Shown here piece by piece: positions 1-8,960 of a DNA stretch of 32,000 nucleotides; the stretch's first letter is position 1; every line of letters starts with the position of its first letter. A program made the translations under genes and the position numbers. Below the pieces are notes generated by a model. That model did no database searches and was not told where the DNA came from. It saw only the letters and a list, made by a program, of their open reading frames with translations. The stretch is from Psychrobacter cryohalolentis K5. GTDB taxonomy: Bacteria; Pseudomonadota; Gammaproteobacteria; Pseudomonadales; Moraxellaceae. Where the stretch lies: contig NC_007969.1 of NCBI RefSeq assembly GCF_000013905.1, positions 2,880,001 to 2,912,000 on the forward strand, written 5' to 3'.

Positions 1-33
1 TAGCTTAATAAAGAGAGTTACAGTAACTCAGAC

Positions 34-417
34 TTATTTCTTTTTCCACGTTTGGCTACGTGAGAATGGCCCTAAATGACCTTTTAGATCAAGATTGCTA
101 CCATTCAAGTTAGCAGTCAATTTATAAGTCTTGTTTTTTTCAGGGTCAGTAATCTTACCACCACTGTATTTACCATTACCATCAGCTTTTAGTCCAGAGA
201 TAATCGTCATACCAACGTGCTTCTGACCCTTCTCTGACACGGTGCTGATAAGCTTACCAGTCAACACGCCATTTGACTCAGTGATTTTAACCACGCCTTT
301 TGGCTTGCCTTCGTCATAAGTCTGCCAAGTAGTATTGGCTAATGGATCAGCAGCGAATGCCATGCTTCCTAAACTGATACCAGCAATTGCTAATGTAGTT
401 TTTGCGAATAGTTTCAT
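34..417 (-). CDS. DUF2147-like secreted/periplasmic protein
   Basis: ORF track gives 34..438(-). I prefer the internal ATG at 417: it has GGGAG about 7 nt upstream and yields a classic signal peptide, MKLFAKTTLAIAGISLGSMAFA. The mature part (WQTYDEGKPKGVVKITESNGVLTGKL...GGKITDPEKNKTYK) fits my recollection of the DUF2147 pattern. Confidence 0.6.
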   Translation of the reverse strand: MKLFAKTTLAIAGISLGSMAFAADPLANTTWQTYDEGKPKGVVKITESNGVLTGKLISTVSEKGQKHVGMTIISGLKADGNGKYSGGKITDPEKNKTYKLTANLNGSNLDLKGHLGPFSRSQTWKKK

Positions 418-688
418 AAATAGACTCCCTTCATTCAATGATTATTAGAAACGATATGTTTCTATGTCCTAAGCTCATCCTTTGCCAACAATTTTTTATT
501 ACAGCTCAGTGGTACTATATTCAGTTTTCGCTCATTAGTACAGCAAATACCAAATGACCAATTTACTCTTTATAAAAAATCTGGACAGCATAAGCGTTGT
601 CTTGACCCATTATAAGCAATTTTAAGAATTTGCCTAGTAATTTTTTTATAGTTTATTATTTCTATAAAATCAAAACTATATCAATAAG

Positions 689-952
689 TTACAAGAAAGG
701 ATTGTCTATAATTTTGCCCGATTGGTCATCTTTTTCTTTTGACTTAGCCTCATCATTAATATAGAGACTTTTACTTTCGAAGGCGCTTAAAATTTTACCG
801 CTAAGCTCATGCAGCTGCTTTGCCTGCTCATATCCAGTGTCATTTAAGACCAGATTAATGTCCCCATAAATAATAATTCTATCTTCTTGATTTTCAATCA
901 CCAGCTCACCAATTTGCATGCTTTGGTGGTTATTAGCAAATGGGTCAATCAT
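689..952 (-). CDS. hypothetical small protein (87 aa)
   Basis: Open frame with a strong SD (GGGGGA 5-6 nt upstream of the ATG on the minus strand). No recognisable motifs. Confidence 0.55.
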   Translation of the reverse strand: MIDPFANNHQSMQIGELVIENQEDRIIIYGDINLVLNDTGYEQAKQLHELSGKILSAFESKSLYINDEAKSKEKDDQSGKIIDNPFL

Positions 953-1028
953 TTAATCCCCCTTTTTTCATAAGTAGCATATTACAGGATGTATCAGAAT
1001 CACACAGGTCCAGCAATATTTAAACGAT

Positions 1029-1922
1029 CTATGTTTGCAATTGTGCCATGAGCCATTCAAAAATTGCTACTACGAATAGTATCCAAGCAGGCTCTTCTAC
1101 CTCTGTGGTTGGTAGATCTATCGCTTCACCAGCCTTTAGCGGTAAATCCAGAGCTTGTACTTTAGTTTTTGCATCAAGTACCGGCAAGACGTCAATACCA
1201 ATTTTAGACGTCAATTCGTCAATACTAATTATTTCTATACGCTCAGATTCGTCGTTTGGTGCATAGTAAACACCTGCTTGATTGATCGCTGGGATATAAA
1301 CGGCTTTAAAGAAATGACTGGGCACCAGTACTCGCCCTGCTAGTTGCTTAGCTTTTTTATCAGTAAATGCAACCCCTGTGACAGTATAGACTTCACCATA
1401 TTGCTGCGTTAAATAGCGAGTCGCCGATTCAATATTGCGCCAGATATAGCGATTATTACGTGGTGATTGCGGGGCTATATTAGCAAGGCTAAAGCTATCA
1501 TACTGCTGACTTCGATTGGCCATGTCACCATTAGGCGCTAAATGTCCGCGGTCATAACCTGAGCCTGAATAGTCAGAGAGCTTGGCACGCATGGACTGTG
1601 GCAATCGGCTTTCTTCATGAAAGCTGTCTTCACGGTCGATTTGTTTGGCCTGCTGTAAACGCTTACGATCCAGATATTCTGCTGACCATAATGGTGTACG
1701 TGATATACCAGAATACATGACAGCGAAACCGTCCATACATAGTGCTTGGGTATTATTACTGAGCTTAGTATTGCTGAATTCAGGATAGACACCGCCATAA
1801 AATGATTGGCTGCATTGTGTGAAATCCTCAGCATGTGCCGTTGATACGCTTAAAACGGTAGCAATTATTACCGTTATCGTGCTGTTTTTTAGATTAAATC
1901 TTCGCTTAAAAACACTTCTCAT
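1029..1922 (-). CDS. secreted non-specific DNA/RNA endonuclease (Serratia NucA/EndoG-like, beta-beta-alpha-Me)
   Basis: ORF track gives 1029..1937(-). The internal ATG at 1922 gives the signal peptide MRSVFKRRFNLKNSTITVIIATVLSVSTAHA. The DRGHLAPNGD motif is the hallmark of the Endonuclease_NS family. The start could also be 1937. Confidence 0.8.
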   Translation of the reverse strand: MRSVFKRRFNLKNSTITVIIATVLSVSTAHAEDFTQCSQSFYGGVYPEFSNTKLSNNTQALCMDGFAVMYSGISRTPLWSAEYLDRKRLQQAKQIDREDSFHEESRLPQSMRAKLSDYSGSGYDRGHLAPNGDMANRSQQYDSFSLANIAPQSPRNNRYIWRNIESATRYLTQQYGEVYTVTGVAFTDKKAKQLAGRVLVPSHFFKAVYIPAINQAGVYYAPNDESERIEIISIDELTSKIGIDVLPVLDAKTKVQALDLPLKAGEAIDLPTTEVEEPAWILFVVAIFEWLMAQLQT

Positions 1923-2145
1923 GCAACTTTCAACCATTTATGCTTACTATTACGTATGCTCTATCCTAGCAGGCGTCTACCAATAAAGAAAGATACTGCG
2001 CACACCGTGACATTTTAAATGCTATCCGCTATACTAGGTCCTGCAAAAATCAGTGCCTGTATATCATATACAGTATTTAAAAGCTTGGAGTCCTAATCAG
2101 ATTATCAATGGTCTGTGCAGTATTTAAGTGAGTATGACTCAAAAC

Positions 2146-2236
2146 GGTGAAGTGGGTGAGTGGCTGAAACCGCACGCCTGGAAAGTGTGTATACGTTAAT
2201 AGCGTATCGAGGGTTCGAATCCCTCCTTCACCGCCA
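2146..2236 (+). tRNA. tRNA-Ser (anticodon GGA)
   Basis: Cloverleaf folded by hand. Acceptor stem GGTGAAG/CTTCACC. Anticodon stem CACGC/GTGTG with loop CTGGAAA. Long variable arm ATACG-ttaatag-CGTAT. T arm GAGGG-TTCGAAT-CCCTC. Discriminator G and encoded CCA. Confidence 0.93.
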
Positions 2237-2382
2237 ATCTTAGTTATCCCCTGTTTTCCTAATCTGTCCCATCACATCCTAAACACTCCTTAAACCCTTT
2301 AACAGCAAGACTTCCAGTCTATGCTTACTGTCTATCCCTGTCCCAATCATTCCCATTCGAACCTATGTATCCCACGTGTTGT

Positions 2383-2520
2383 GTTGGTCTATCCGTTGGT
2401 CTATTATTCATATACGCCTCAATTAGACCAACATTCGATCTCAATCTATATGGCTTAGACCAACATAATCGTCTATAAGCTTTAAAAATATAGCTTGTAG
2501 GTATAAGGAATAGACCAACA
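2383..2520. repeat. five copies of a 9-10 bp motif TAGACCAAC(A): two inverted, three direct; probable integrase arm-type/Xis binding sites
   Basis: GTTGGTCTA at 2383-2391 and 2395-2403. TAGACCAACA at 2424-2433, 2456-2465 and 2511-2520. The last copy abuts the int ATG at 2520. All lie between the tRNA and int. Confidence 0.6.
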
Positions 2521-3878
2521 TGTTAAGTGATGCCAAAATTCGTAAGCTTAAGCCAACTGATAAATGCACCCCTTCTCGCCCAGACAAATATAGTGATCAA
2601 CAAGGTTTACAATTACTGGTACGCAGCTCAGGAACGCGGACATGGGTAAGCGCATATCGCTTTGATGGTAAGCAGCAGAAAACTACTTTAGGTACATACC
2701 CACAAATGGGCTTGGCAGAAGCAAGAGTAGCTAACGCTGACATTAAAGCTTTAGTAGCCAATGGAATCAATCCAAAGAATAAAAAACGTCAAGACAAGCT
2801 TGCGAATGAGCAAGCTAAAACGTTCAATGATTATGCGGTTGAATGGCTAGAGGAGCGTGAGCGCAACGTAAAGCCTCGCACCTATCAGCAAGACTATAAT
2901 CGCATGCACAAAGACGTTATACCTAGCTTTGAAGGCATTGCTTTAAAAGATGTGACGTTTGAAGATTGTAAATTAATGGCAGATAACATTGAAAGCAGGA
3001 CTAATAATGAAGGGGCCTCACCACGAGAAGTAACCAGACGCACTATTGATCTTGTTGGGAATATTCTTAGAAGAGCCATGAGAGAGCGCCTAATCGAGGT
3101 AAATCATACAGATGGGCTTAAAGAGCTATATCCGAAAGCGAAGACTAAGCACATGAAACACGTTGAGCTTAGCGAGCTACCTAAGCTCTTACAAGACATT
3201 GAAGGCTATCATGGTCACGATCAAACTAGATTAGGTATGAAATTTCTAGCATATTCTTTCTGTCGTACTATCGAGCTAAGAATGATGAAGTGGGAGCATA
3301 TTGATTTTCCTAACCGTCTCTGGCGTGTCGATATTGATAATCTTAAAATCGCGCGTAAGCATGTTGTTCCTTTATCAGATCAAATGCTAGCGGTTTTGGA
3401 GGAAATGAAGCACATCACTGGACAGTATGAATACGTTTTCTATCATACTGGTATGCACCAGCCTTATAGCGAAGAGTTCATCAATAACGCTTTAGACATT
3501 CTCGGATATGGAGGTAAACAAACTGGACATGGCTTCCGTCACATTGCCTCAACTAACCTAAACGAGCTGGGATACATGGGTGATGCTATTGAAAAGCAGA
3601 TGGCGCACGACAAGAAAAGTAGCATCAGAGCTGTATATAACCATGCTCAACACTTAGAAGAACGACGCAAGATAATGCAAGTATGGGCGGACTTTTTAGA
3701 CCTACTTAGAGACAAAGGCGAAGTCATAGACTTCCAGACAGCTCGGCAGCAGATTGAGAAGTCAATGATTGTGGAAAACCAAACATCCCTATCAGATTTA
3801 GATAGTGATGCTTTGATAAAGGCTTTGCAAAATAAAGGTCTAACCGGTGAAGATATAAAATCATTACTATCTCTATAG
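2520..3878 (+). CDS. int: tyrosine-type site-specific integrase (P4/CP4-57 family, DUF4102 N-terminal arm-binding domain)
   Basis: The N-terminus LSDAKIRKLKP...GLQLLVRSSGTRTWVSAYRFDGKQQKTTLG is typical of DUF4102. Catalytic pattern: R in CRTIELRMMKWEHIDF, HGFRH, and Y in RAVYNH. SD AAGGAA lies 9 nt upstream. The gene sits next to a tRNA. Confidence 0.95.
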   Translation: MLSDAKIRKLKPTDKCTPSRPDKYSDQQGLQLLVRSSGTRTWVSAYRFDGKQQKTTLGTYPQMGLAEARVANADIKALVANGINPKNKKRQDKLANEQAKTFNDYAVEWLEERERNVKPRTYQQDYNRMHKDVIPSFEGIALKDVTFEDCKLMADNIESRTNNEGASPREVTRRTIDLVGNILRRAMRERLIEVNHTDGLKELYPKAKTKHMKHVELSELPKLLQDIEGYHGHDQTRLGMKFLAYSFCRTIELRMMKWEHIDFPNRLWRVDIDNLKIARKHVVPLSDQMLAVLEEMKHITGQYEYVFYHTGMHQPYSEEFINNALDILGYGGKQTGHGFRHIASTNLNELGYMGDAIEKQMAHDKKSSIRAVYNHAQHLEERRKIMQVWADFLDLLRDKGEVIDFQTARQQIEKSMIVENQTSLSDLDSDALIKALQNKGLTGEDIKSLLSL

Positions 3879-3884
3879 CAAAGG

Positions 3885-4808
3885 CTAATAAATTTCATTG
3901 CCATCCACATCAAGAAATTTTAAATTATATTCCGAGTTAATTAGAATATCGAGCATTGCAGTTTGAGATAACCTATTAACTTCAGCCATCTTCTCAAGTC
4001 TCGCATGTGTCTGGATGGTTAATGGTAAATGATAGCTTTTTTTTGTTTTACCAGCATCACGATATTTTTGTTGGCTCCAAGCTCGCTTCATCTTATCTAT
4101 AATTATTTCTTTACGGTCGTTTGTTACATACTTATTACTATTGTTTATTGACGCTTCAGACAATGGGTAACTTATAATATCCAAAGAAGCTAAAACATGA
4201 CTTCTTACTTCTTTTAGAGAAGCCTTATCTCTTATTATTTCATTATAGATACCAGTCTTTCTTAAATAATCCTTAGTCCACTCTATCTGCTCTTTGTTAC
4301 TTTCACTTATCCACTTAGAATAATTATCTTTACTAGATATTGAAAACCAAATTCTTTCTATCTTACTCAACAGACTAATTTTAGAATCTATAGTATTTTC
4401 ATTAATCTTATTATCGAAAAATCGATATACCTCCTCCATTAAATCATTACTATTAATATCAAACCAGTTATAACCATTTTCTAAATATAGAATGCTCAAA
4501 GTAAATATTTGACCTCTTAAATTATTTATAAGCCAATTAAACTCTCTATCCGGTATTACCTTATAAGTCATTTTCGAATAAGCGTCTTCAACGTAATCTC
4601 TGAATTTATCATCACTTGATAACTGCGCAATAAACTCTTCATGTCGGTTGGTTGAACCAACACTAGAAAATCTAATGTTCTCATTAGAAGATAAATACTC
4701 TTGCATCCAAATAACTTGCCTTTTTGTTAAAGACCTAACATTTTTATCAAAGTATGATTTATTATTGAATTCTCTTTGACGTTTTTCATTACTATAATTT
4801 ATAGACAT
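3885..4808 (-). CDS. hypothetical protein with C-terminal ribbon-helix-helix-like segment
   Basis: 307-aa ORF convergent with int. It is visibly much more AT-rich than its neighbours. The C-terminal KKSYHLPLTIQTHARLEKMAEVNRLSQTAMLDILI looks like a CopG/Arc RHH motif. The rest is unrecognised. Confidence 0.6.
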   Translation of the reverse strand: MSINYSNEKRQREFNNKSYFDKNVRSLTKRQVIWMQEYLSSNENIRFSSVGSTNRHEEFIAQLSSDDKFRDYVEDAYSKMTYKVIPDREFNWLINNLRGQIFTLSILYLENGYNWFDINSNDLMEEVYRFFDNKINENTIDSKISLLSKIERIWFSISSKDNYSKWISESNKEQIEWTKDYLRKTGIYNEIIRDKASLKEVRSHVLASLDIISYPLSEASINNSNKYVTNDRKEIIIDKMKRAWSQQKYRDAGKTKKSYHLPLTIQTHARLEKMAEVNRLSQTAMLDILINSEYNLKFLDVDGNEIY

Positions 4809-5162
4809 ACAACGACCTTTTTGTTATAAATTGTTAATATCACTAGTGATATTTTAGTATAATAGCTTACGTATTCTAATAATCATTATATAGTAATAAA
4901 GTATTATTTAAGATGATTTTCCATAATATTTTGATAGATTTTATGCCACCCTTCGCTAAGGAATATAAGAGTTCTGCCTTTGAAATCACCCTAATATAGC
5001 TAATATATAAATATCAGGTAACTTTCCCTCATAACACTCCTAAGTAAGCAATCATTTCCTCCTAGGCTAGTATGTAAAATCTCTAGTCTAGACTTATAAA
5101 AGGCAATACTAAACGAAAAATAATAGCTTGGTATTATAATATCAAATAACTAGGTAGTAATA

Positions 5163-5185
5163 AGCTAAGAGATTAGCTCTTAGCT
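5163..5185. promoter_or_regulatory. perfect 9-bp inverted repeat AGCTAAGAG-N5-CTCTTAGCT in a divergent promoter region
   Basis: Read directly: 5163-5171 and 5177-5185, about 65 bp upstream of the 5249 start. Flanked by TATTATAA-like elements. Confidence 0.35.
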
Positions 5186-5248
5186 ACTGATATTATAAAA
5201 ATACTTATTCATATAACCCTATGAGTCATTAATCTTATAGGTGAAATA

Positions 5249-6139
5249 ATGCTACATCCATTTATCAATCAATCTAAAATTACTAACGACGTTGATAGAC
5301 TTGTTAAAAACTTGCTATTCAATAATCTTAGCTCTAAACACTTTCAAGATCAACTGAACGAATTATATCGTCCATTCATGTATATGCATTACTCAAATTA
5401 TTCTTTAAATTACTCTCAATCTATTAACGCACTTATGGACAGCTCCATTATGTTTATTGGCGCTGAGCATCCCTGCAATGTTATTTGGGAATACGACATG
5501 ACTCAAAATCTAATTACAGAGCTTTTGAAATATAAGGATAAAATTAGTACAGAGCGTTATAACTGGCTTTATCAAGAAAAAAGAAACAAAGAAAGCTTAG
5601 ATCTTTACTTTAAAAACCTAATTGAAAGAAGATCAAGAGTATTGGTTATCTTTATCGAGCTTAAATATTTAAAAGACCAACGTCATAATGTAAATATTCA
5701 CAGTTTTCATAATCATATGAAAAAACTCAGAAAACTTATCAGTAAGAGGAACTCTTGTTTTAAACACTTAACTGGTTATGCATGGGCATTAGAACAAGGT
5801 TATAAAAACGGTGGTTTTCATTGCCATTTAGTTCTAACTTACGATAATTCAAAAAAGTACTCTGACTGGCTTATAGCTAAAACGATAGGTGAGAAATGGC
5901 AAGAGATCACAGAGGGCGTCGGTACTTATCATAGTTCTCACGATTCTGAGACTAAGCGTAATTTTGAGATGAAAGGTAAATTAGGTGTTGGTAGAATACG
6001 CCGTGATAACCCTCAAGAGGTTGAGAACGCTTTTACTGTAGCAAGGTATCTAACAAAGACTGATAAATACGATCAAAAACTCAAAGTGTGGTTGCCTAAA
6101 ATGCAAACATTTGGACATGGTGAATTCAAGGAAGAATAG
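5249..6139 (+). CDS. YagK/YfjJ-like (Inovirus Gp2-type) protein with HUH and YxxK motifs; possible Rep/relaxase-like protein
   Basis: AWALEQGYKNGGFHCHLVLTYDN contains H-hydrophobic-H, and the downstream VARYLTK is Y-x-x-K. The pattern resembles the YagK/YfjJ proteins of CP4-type prophages as I recall them. Good SD (AGGTGA). Confidence 0.5.
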   Translation: MLHPFINQSKITNDVDRLVKNLLFNNLSSKHFQDQLNELYRPFMYMHYSNYSLNYSQSINALMDSSIMFIGAEHPCNVIWEYDMTQNLITELLKYKDKISTERYNWLYQEKRNKESLDLYFKNLIERRSRVLVIFIELKYLKDQRHNVNIHSFHNHMKKLRKLISKRNSCFKHLTGYAWALEQGYKNGGFHCHLVLTYDNSKKYSDWLIAKTIGEKWQEITEGVGTYHSSHDSETKRNFEMKGKLGVGRIRRDNPQEVENAFTVARYLTKTDKYDQKLKVWLPKMQTFGHGEFKEE

Positions 6140-6243
6140 AGGCTTATCTAAATAGTAAAATAATTTCAGATATATATTATTCCCATGAGAGCAGTCAGGG
6201 AGCATTGCTCTCCTGACGGTTTAACCCAATCCATCCTAATTAA

Positions 6244-6270
6244 AGGTCTGCTTAATCGCAGGCCTTTTTT
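6244..6270 (+). terminator. rho-independent terminator
   Basis: AGGTCTGC-ttaatc-GCAGGCCT stem (8 bp, one G:U) followed by T6. Confidence 0.6.
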
Positions 6271-6294
6271 ATGCGCTTAATTTAAGGAGCTTAT

Positions 6295-6585
6295 ATGCAA
6301 ACAATCTGTCCTTACTGTCACTCATCAAGGGTGATGAACAATATGGATATTGGCAATCCATTTAGTATCTTTGAACAGCTGTGTACGCCAGCAGCGTTAT
6401 CTGGTCTTGGTGTGAGCATCTGTAGGTATTACAAAATCAATTCCGCTATCGGTGTAGTAGTAGGCACGGCCCTTGCCTCTGCGATCAGCTTGGCTAAAGA
6501 TAAGCTACAGCAGCCACCTTTGATCACTCTGGCAGCAAGACCTAGTTATACCTGTAATACCTGCTCAAAAACTTTCAGCATTTAA
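6295..6585 (+). CDS. small hypothetical protein: split zinc ribbon flanking a hydrophobic segment
   Basis: Strong SD (AAGGAG). CPYCH at the N-terminus and CNTC at the C-terminus. Central hydrophobic stretch AIGVVVGTALASAISLA. Confidence 0.55.
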   Translation: MQTICPYCHSSRVMNNMDIGNPFSIFEQLCTPAALSGLGVSICRYYKINSAIGVVVGTALASAISLAKDKLQQPPLITLAARPSYTCNTCSKTFSI

Positions 6586-6634
6586 CTTGTCTATATAACC
6601 AATAACTCTAATCAAATCTAAAAGGACAATTATC

Positions 6635-7627
6635 ATGGCACATTTAATCGAAACAATGGCATACGTCGGCGAAACCCCTTGGCATGGCTTAGGTAACGAG
6701 CTGTCCCCTAAGCAGCCTATCGAGGTTTGGGCTAAGCAAGCTGGGCTTGATTGGCGTATTGAATCCTCAGACGTCAGCTACATGGCAAACAATGACAAAG
6801 GGCATAACCTGATTCTGCCCTTTGCTGAGCAGAAGGTGTTGTACCGCTCTGATAACTTTGAGCCGTTATCAGTCGTTAGTCAGCGTTATCAAGAAGTGCA
6901 GCCGCGTGAGATTCTGGAATTCTATCGTGATCTTACCGAGCAGTCTGACTTTGAATTGGAAACAGCAGGTGTCTTAAAGGGAGGTCGCAAGCTATGGGCA
7001 TTAGCCCGTACAGGCCAGTCAGCAACGCTTAAGGGGAAAGATGTCAGTAATGGCTATCTGTTACTTGCAACGGCTTGTGATGGCACTCTGGCGACCACAG
7101 CACAGTTCACATCGATACGTGTGGTCTGCAATAACACTTTAGCAATTAGCTTAGCGGACGGAAGCGGTGGCGTGGTGAAAGTACCGCATAGCACCTCCTT
7201 TGATGCCGACAAGGTGAAGCAGCAATTAGGTGTGTCGGTCAAACAGTGGAATCAACACAGCTACGAGATGAAGCAATTGTCTGAGCGCCGTGTCACTCAA
7301 GCGGAAGCGGCTAATTATCTTAGCCGAGTCTTCAATGATCAGGACAATAACATCATTTTATTTAACAGCGCTAAGAAAGAGAAAGACGCTGTACCAAACG
7401 CAAAAGCGATGAATAAGGTGATGCAGATGTTTAATGGTCAAGGACGCGGAGCAGATCTTGATGCAGCTCGTGATACGGCTTATGGTTTGCTGTGTAGCAT
7501 TACGGAGTATGTCGATCATGAACGTCGAGCAATGAATACAGACAACCGACTCAACTCAGCATGGTTCGGTGCTGGCGCTAAGCTCAAACAAAAGGGTTTA
7601 GAGGAATCGCTGCTGATGCTTGCTTAA
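6635..7627 (+). CDS. DUF932 domain protein (phage/plasmid-like, TIGR03299-type)
   Basis: The N-terminus MAHLIETMAYVGETPWHGLGN and the overall pattern (LKGGRKLWALA, ACDGTLA, RVVCNNTL) match the DUF932 family common on ICEs and islands. Confidence 0.8.
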   Translation: MAHLIETMAYVGETPWHGLGNELSPKQPIEVWAKQAGLDWRIESSDVSYMANNDKGHNLILPFAEQKVLYRSDNFEPLSVVSQRYQEVQPREILEFYRDLTEQSDFELETAGVLKGGRKLWALARTGQSATLKGKDVSNGYLLLATACDGTLATTAQFTSIRVVCNNTLAISLADGSGGVVKVPHSTSFDADKVKQQLGVSVKQWNQHSYEMKQLSERRVTQAEAANYLSRVFNDQDNNIILFNSAKKEKDAVPNAKAMNKVMQMFNGQGRGADLDAARDTAYGLLCSITEYVDHERRAMNTDNRLNSAWFGAGAKLKQKGLEESLLMLA

Positions 7628-7658
7628 TTATCGATGCTTAAAATATGACAACACAACC

Positions 7659-7685
7659 AACCACGCCTTTGAGCGTGGTTTTTTT
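7659..7685 (+). terminator. rho-independent terminator
   Basis: AACCACGC-ctttga-GCGTGGTT stem followed by a T-run. Confidence 0.7.
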
Positions 7686-7730
7686 ATACCGTTTATTTAA
7701 CCAATAATAAATCTAACGAAGGAGTTCATC

Positions 7731-8837
7731 ATGAACACAATCGCATTGAACCATATCGCTCAGCTCAGACAAACCAAGCGTACAACCGTTAAGGTGAAAG
7801 CGCCTATGGCGACCAAAGCCAATATAGATACTGAAACAGTAAAGCCGTCTACCAATCAATCAACCACCGCAAAACGTCTGGTCAATACCAAAACCCTCAG
7901 TCATGAGGACTGGCTTGAGGTACGTAAGCAAGGTATTGGTAGCTCTGACGCTGCCGCAGCTTGTGGAATACACCCTTACTTATCGATGCTTGAGCTGTGG
8001 ATGATTAAGACCGGTCGTTTGCATTCACACTTGGATGACGATATTGATGGCTACTCACCATTGTACTGGGGCAATACACTAGAGCCGATGGTGGCTAAAT
8101 ATTATCAACAGCACACAGGCAACAAGGTTCGCCGTGTGAATGCCATCTTGCAGCATCCTGATCCTGACAATCACTTTATGCTGGCAAACTTAGACTACGC
8201 GATAACAGGAAATGAGAAGGTGCAGATTCTAGAGTGTAAAACCGCAGGGGAACATGGTGCCAAGCTGTGGAAGCATGGCGTACCGTTGTATGTGACGTGC
8301 CAAGTGCAGCATCAATTAGCAGTCACGGGTAAGCAAGCTGCACATATCTGCGTGCTGCTATGTGGTCATGAAGCAAAGATTTATAAAGTTGAGCGTGACG
8401 AGCGCTTGATTGCCTCCATCATTGAGCATGAGCGGTTATTTTGGCAATATGTGGAAACCGACACTCCACCAACGCCTGATCATAGTGAGTCAGCAGCGAG
8501 AGCCTTAAAACAACTTTATCCAACCCCTGAGCCGTCAAGCAAAGTTGATCTGCGAGAAGATGACGGAGCCAATAAGTTGTTTGAGCAATTGCTGAGCTAC
8601 CGTGACTATATGCAAGAGTTAGAGCAGCGTCATGACCAAGTGAAGCACCAGCTGCAAAGCTTAATTCAAGATAATGAGATTGCGGTATTCGAGAAAGGCG
8701 CTATATCTTGGAAGCGCTCTAAGGACAGCATTAGCCTCGATAGCAAGGCACTAACCAAAGCGCATCCTGAGTTGCTCGAGCAATTTAGTAAAACTCGTCA
8801 AGGCAGTCGTCGCTTTGTAATCCTTAACGATAACTAA
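7731..8837 (+). CDS. YqaJ-type viral recombinase exonuclease (lambda Exo-like PD-(D/E)xK)
   Basis: GIGSSDAAAACGIHPYLSMLELW, LECKTAG (ExK) and QVQHQLAVTG are typical YqaJ motifs. N- and C-terminal extensions are present. Confidence 0.85.
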   Translation: MNTIALNHIAQLRQTKRTTVKVKAPMATKANIDTETVKPSTNQSTTAKRLVNTKTLSHEDWLEVRKQGIGSSDAAAACGIHPYLSMLELWMIKTGRLHSHLDDDIDGYSPLYWGNTLEPMVAKYYQQHTGNKVRRVNAILQHPDPDNHFMLANLDYAITGNEKVQILECKTAGEHGAKLWKHGVPLYVTCQVQHQLAVTGKQAAHICVLLCGHEAKIYKVERDERLIASIIEHERLFWQYVETDTPPTPDHSESAARALKQLYPTPEPSSKVDLREDDGANKLFEQLLSYRDYMQELEQRHDQVKHQLQSLIQDNEIAVFEKGAISWKRSKDSISLDSKALTKAHPELLEQFSKTRQGSRRFVILNDN

Positions 8838-8901
8838 GCCAATAATTCGTTATCAACCATAATCCGTAAATTAATCCACTCAATCAAATAAGCGCATAAA
8901 C

Positions 8902-8928
8902 GCCCACCCGTTATAGGTGGGCTTTTTT
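8902..8928 (+). terminator. rho-independent terminator
   Basis: GCCCACC-cgttata-GGTGGGC stem followed by T6. Confidence 0.7.
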
Positions 8929-8960
8929 ATGGCTAAATAAAACACATAAGGAATATCACC

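Noticed and set aside
1048-1834. ORF-track entries 1048..1266(+), 1155..1343(+) and 1538..1834(-) inside the endonuclease gene
   Set aside because: They lie entirely inside, or antisense to, a well-supported 300-aa gene with clear family motifs. Their peptides are low-complexity or odd and lack an SD. I treat them as shadow ORFs.
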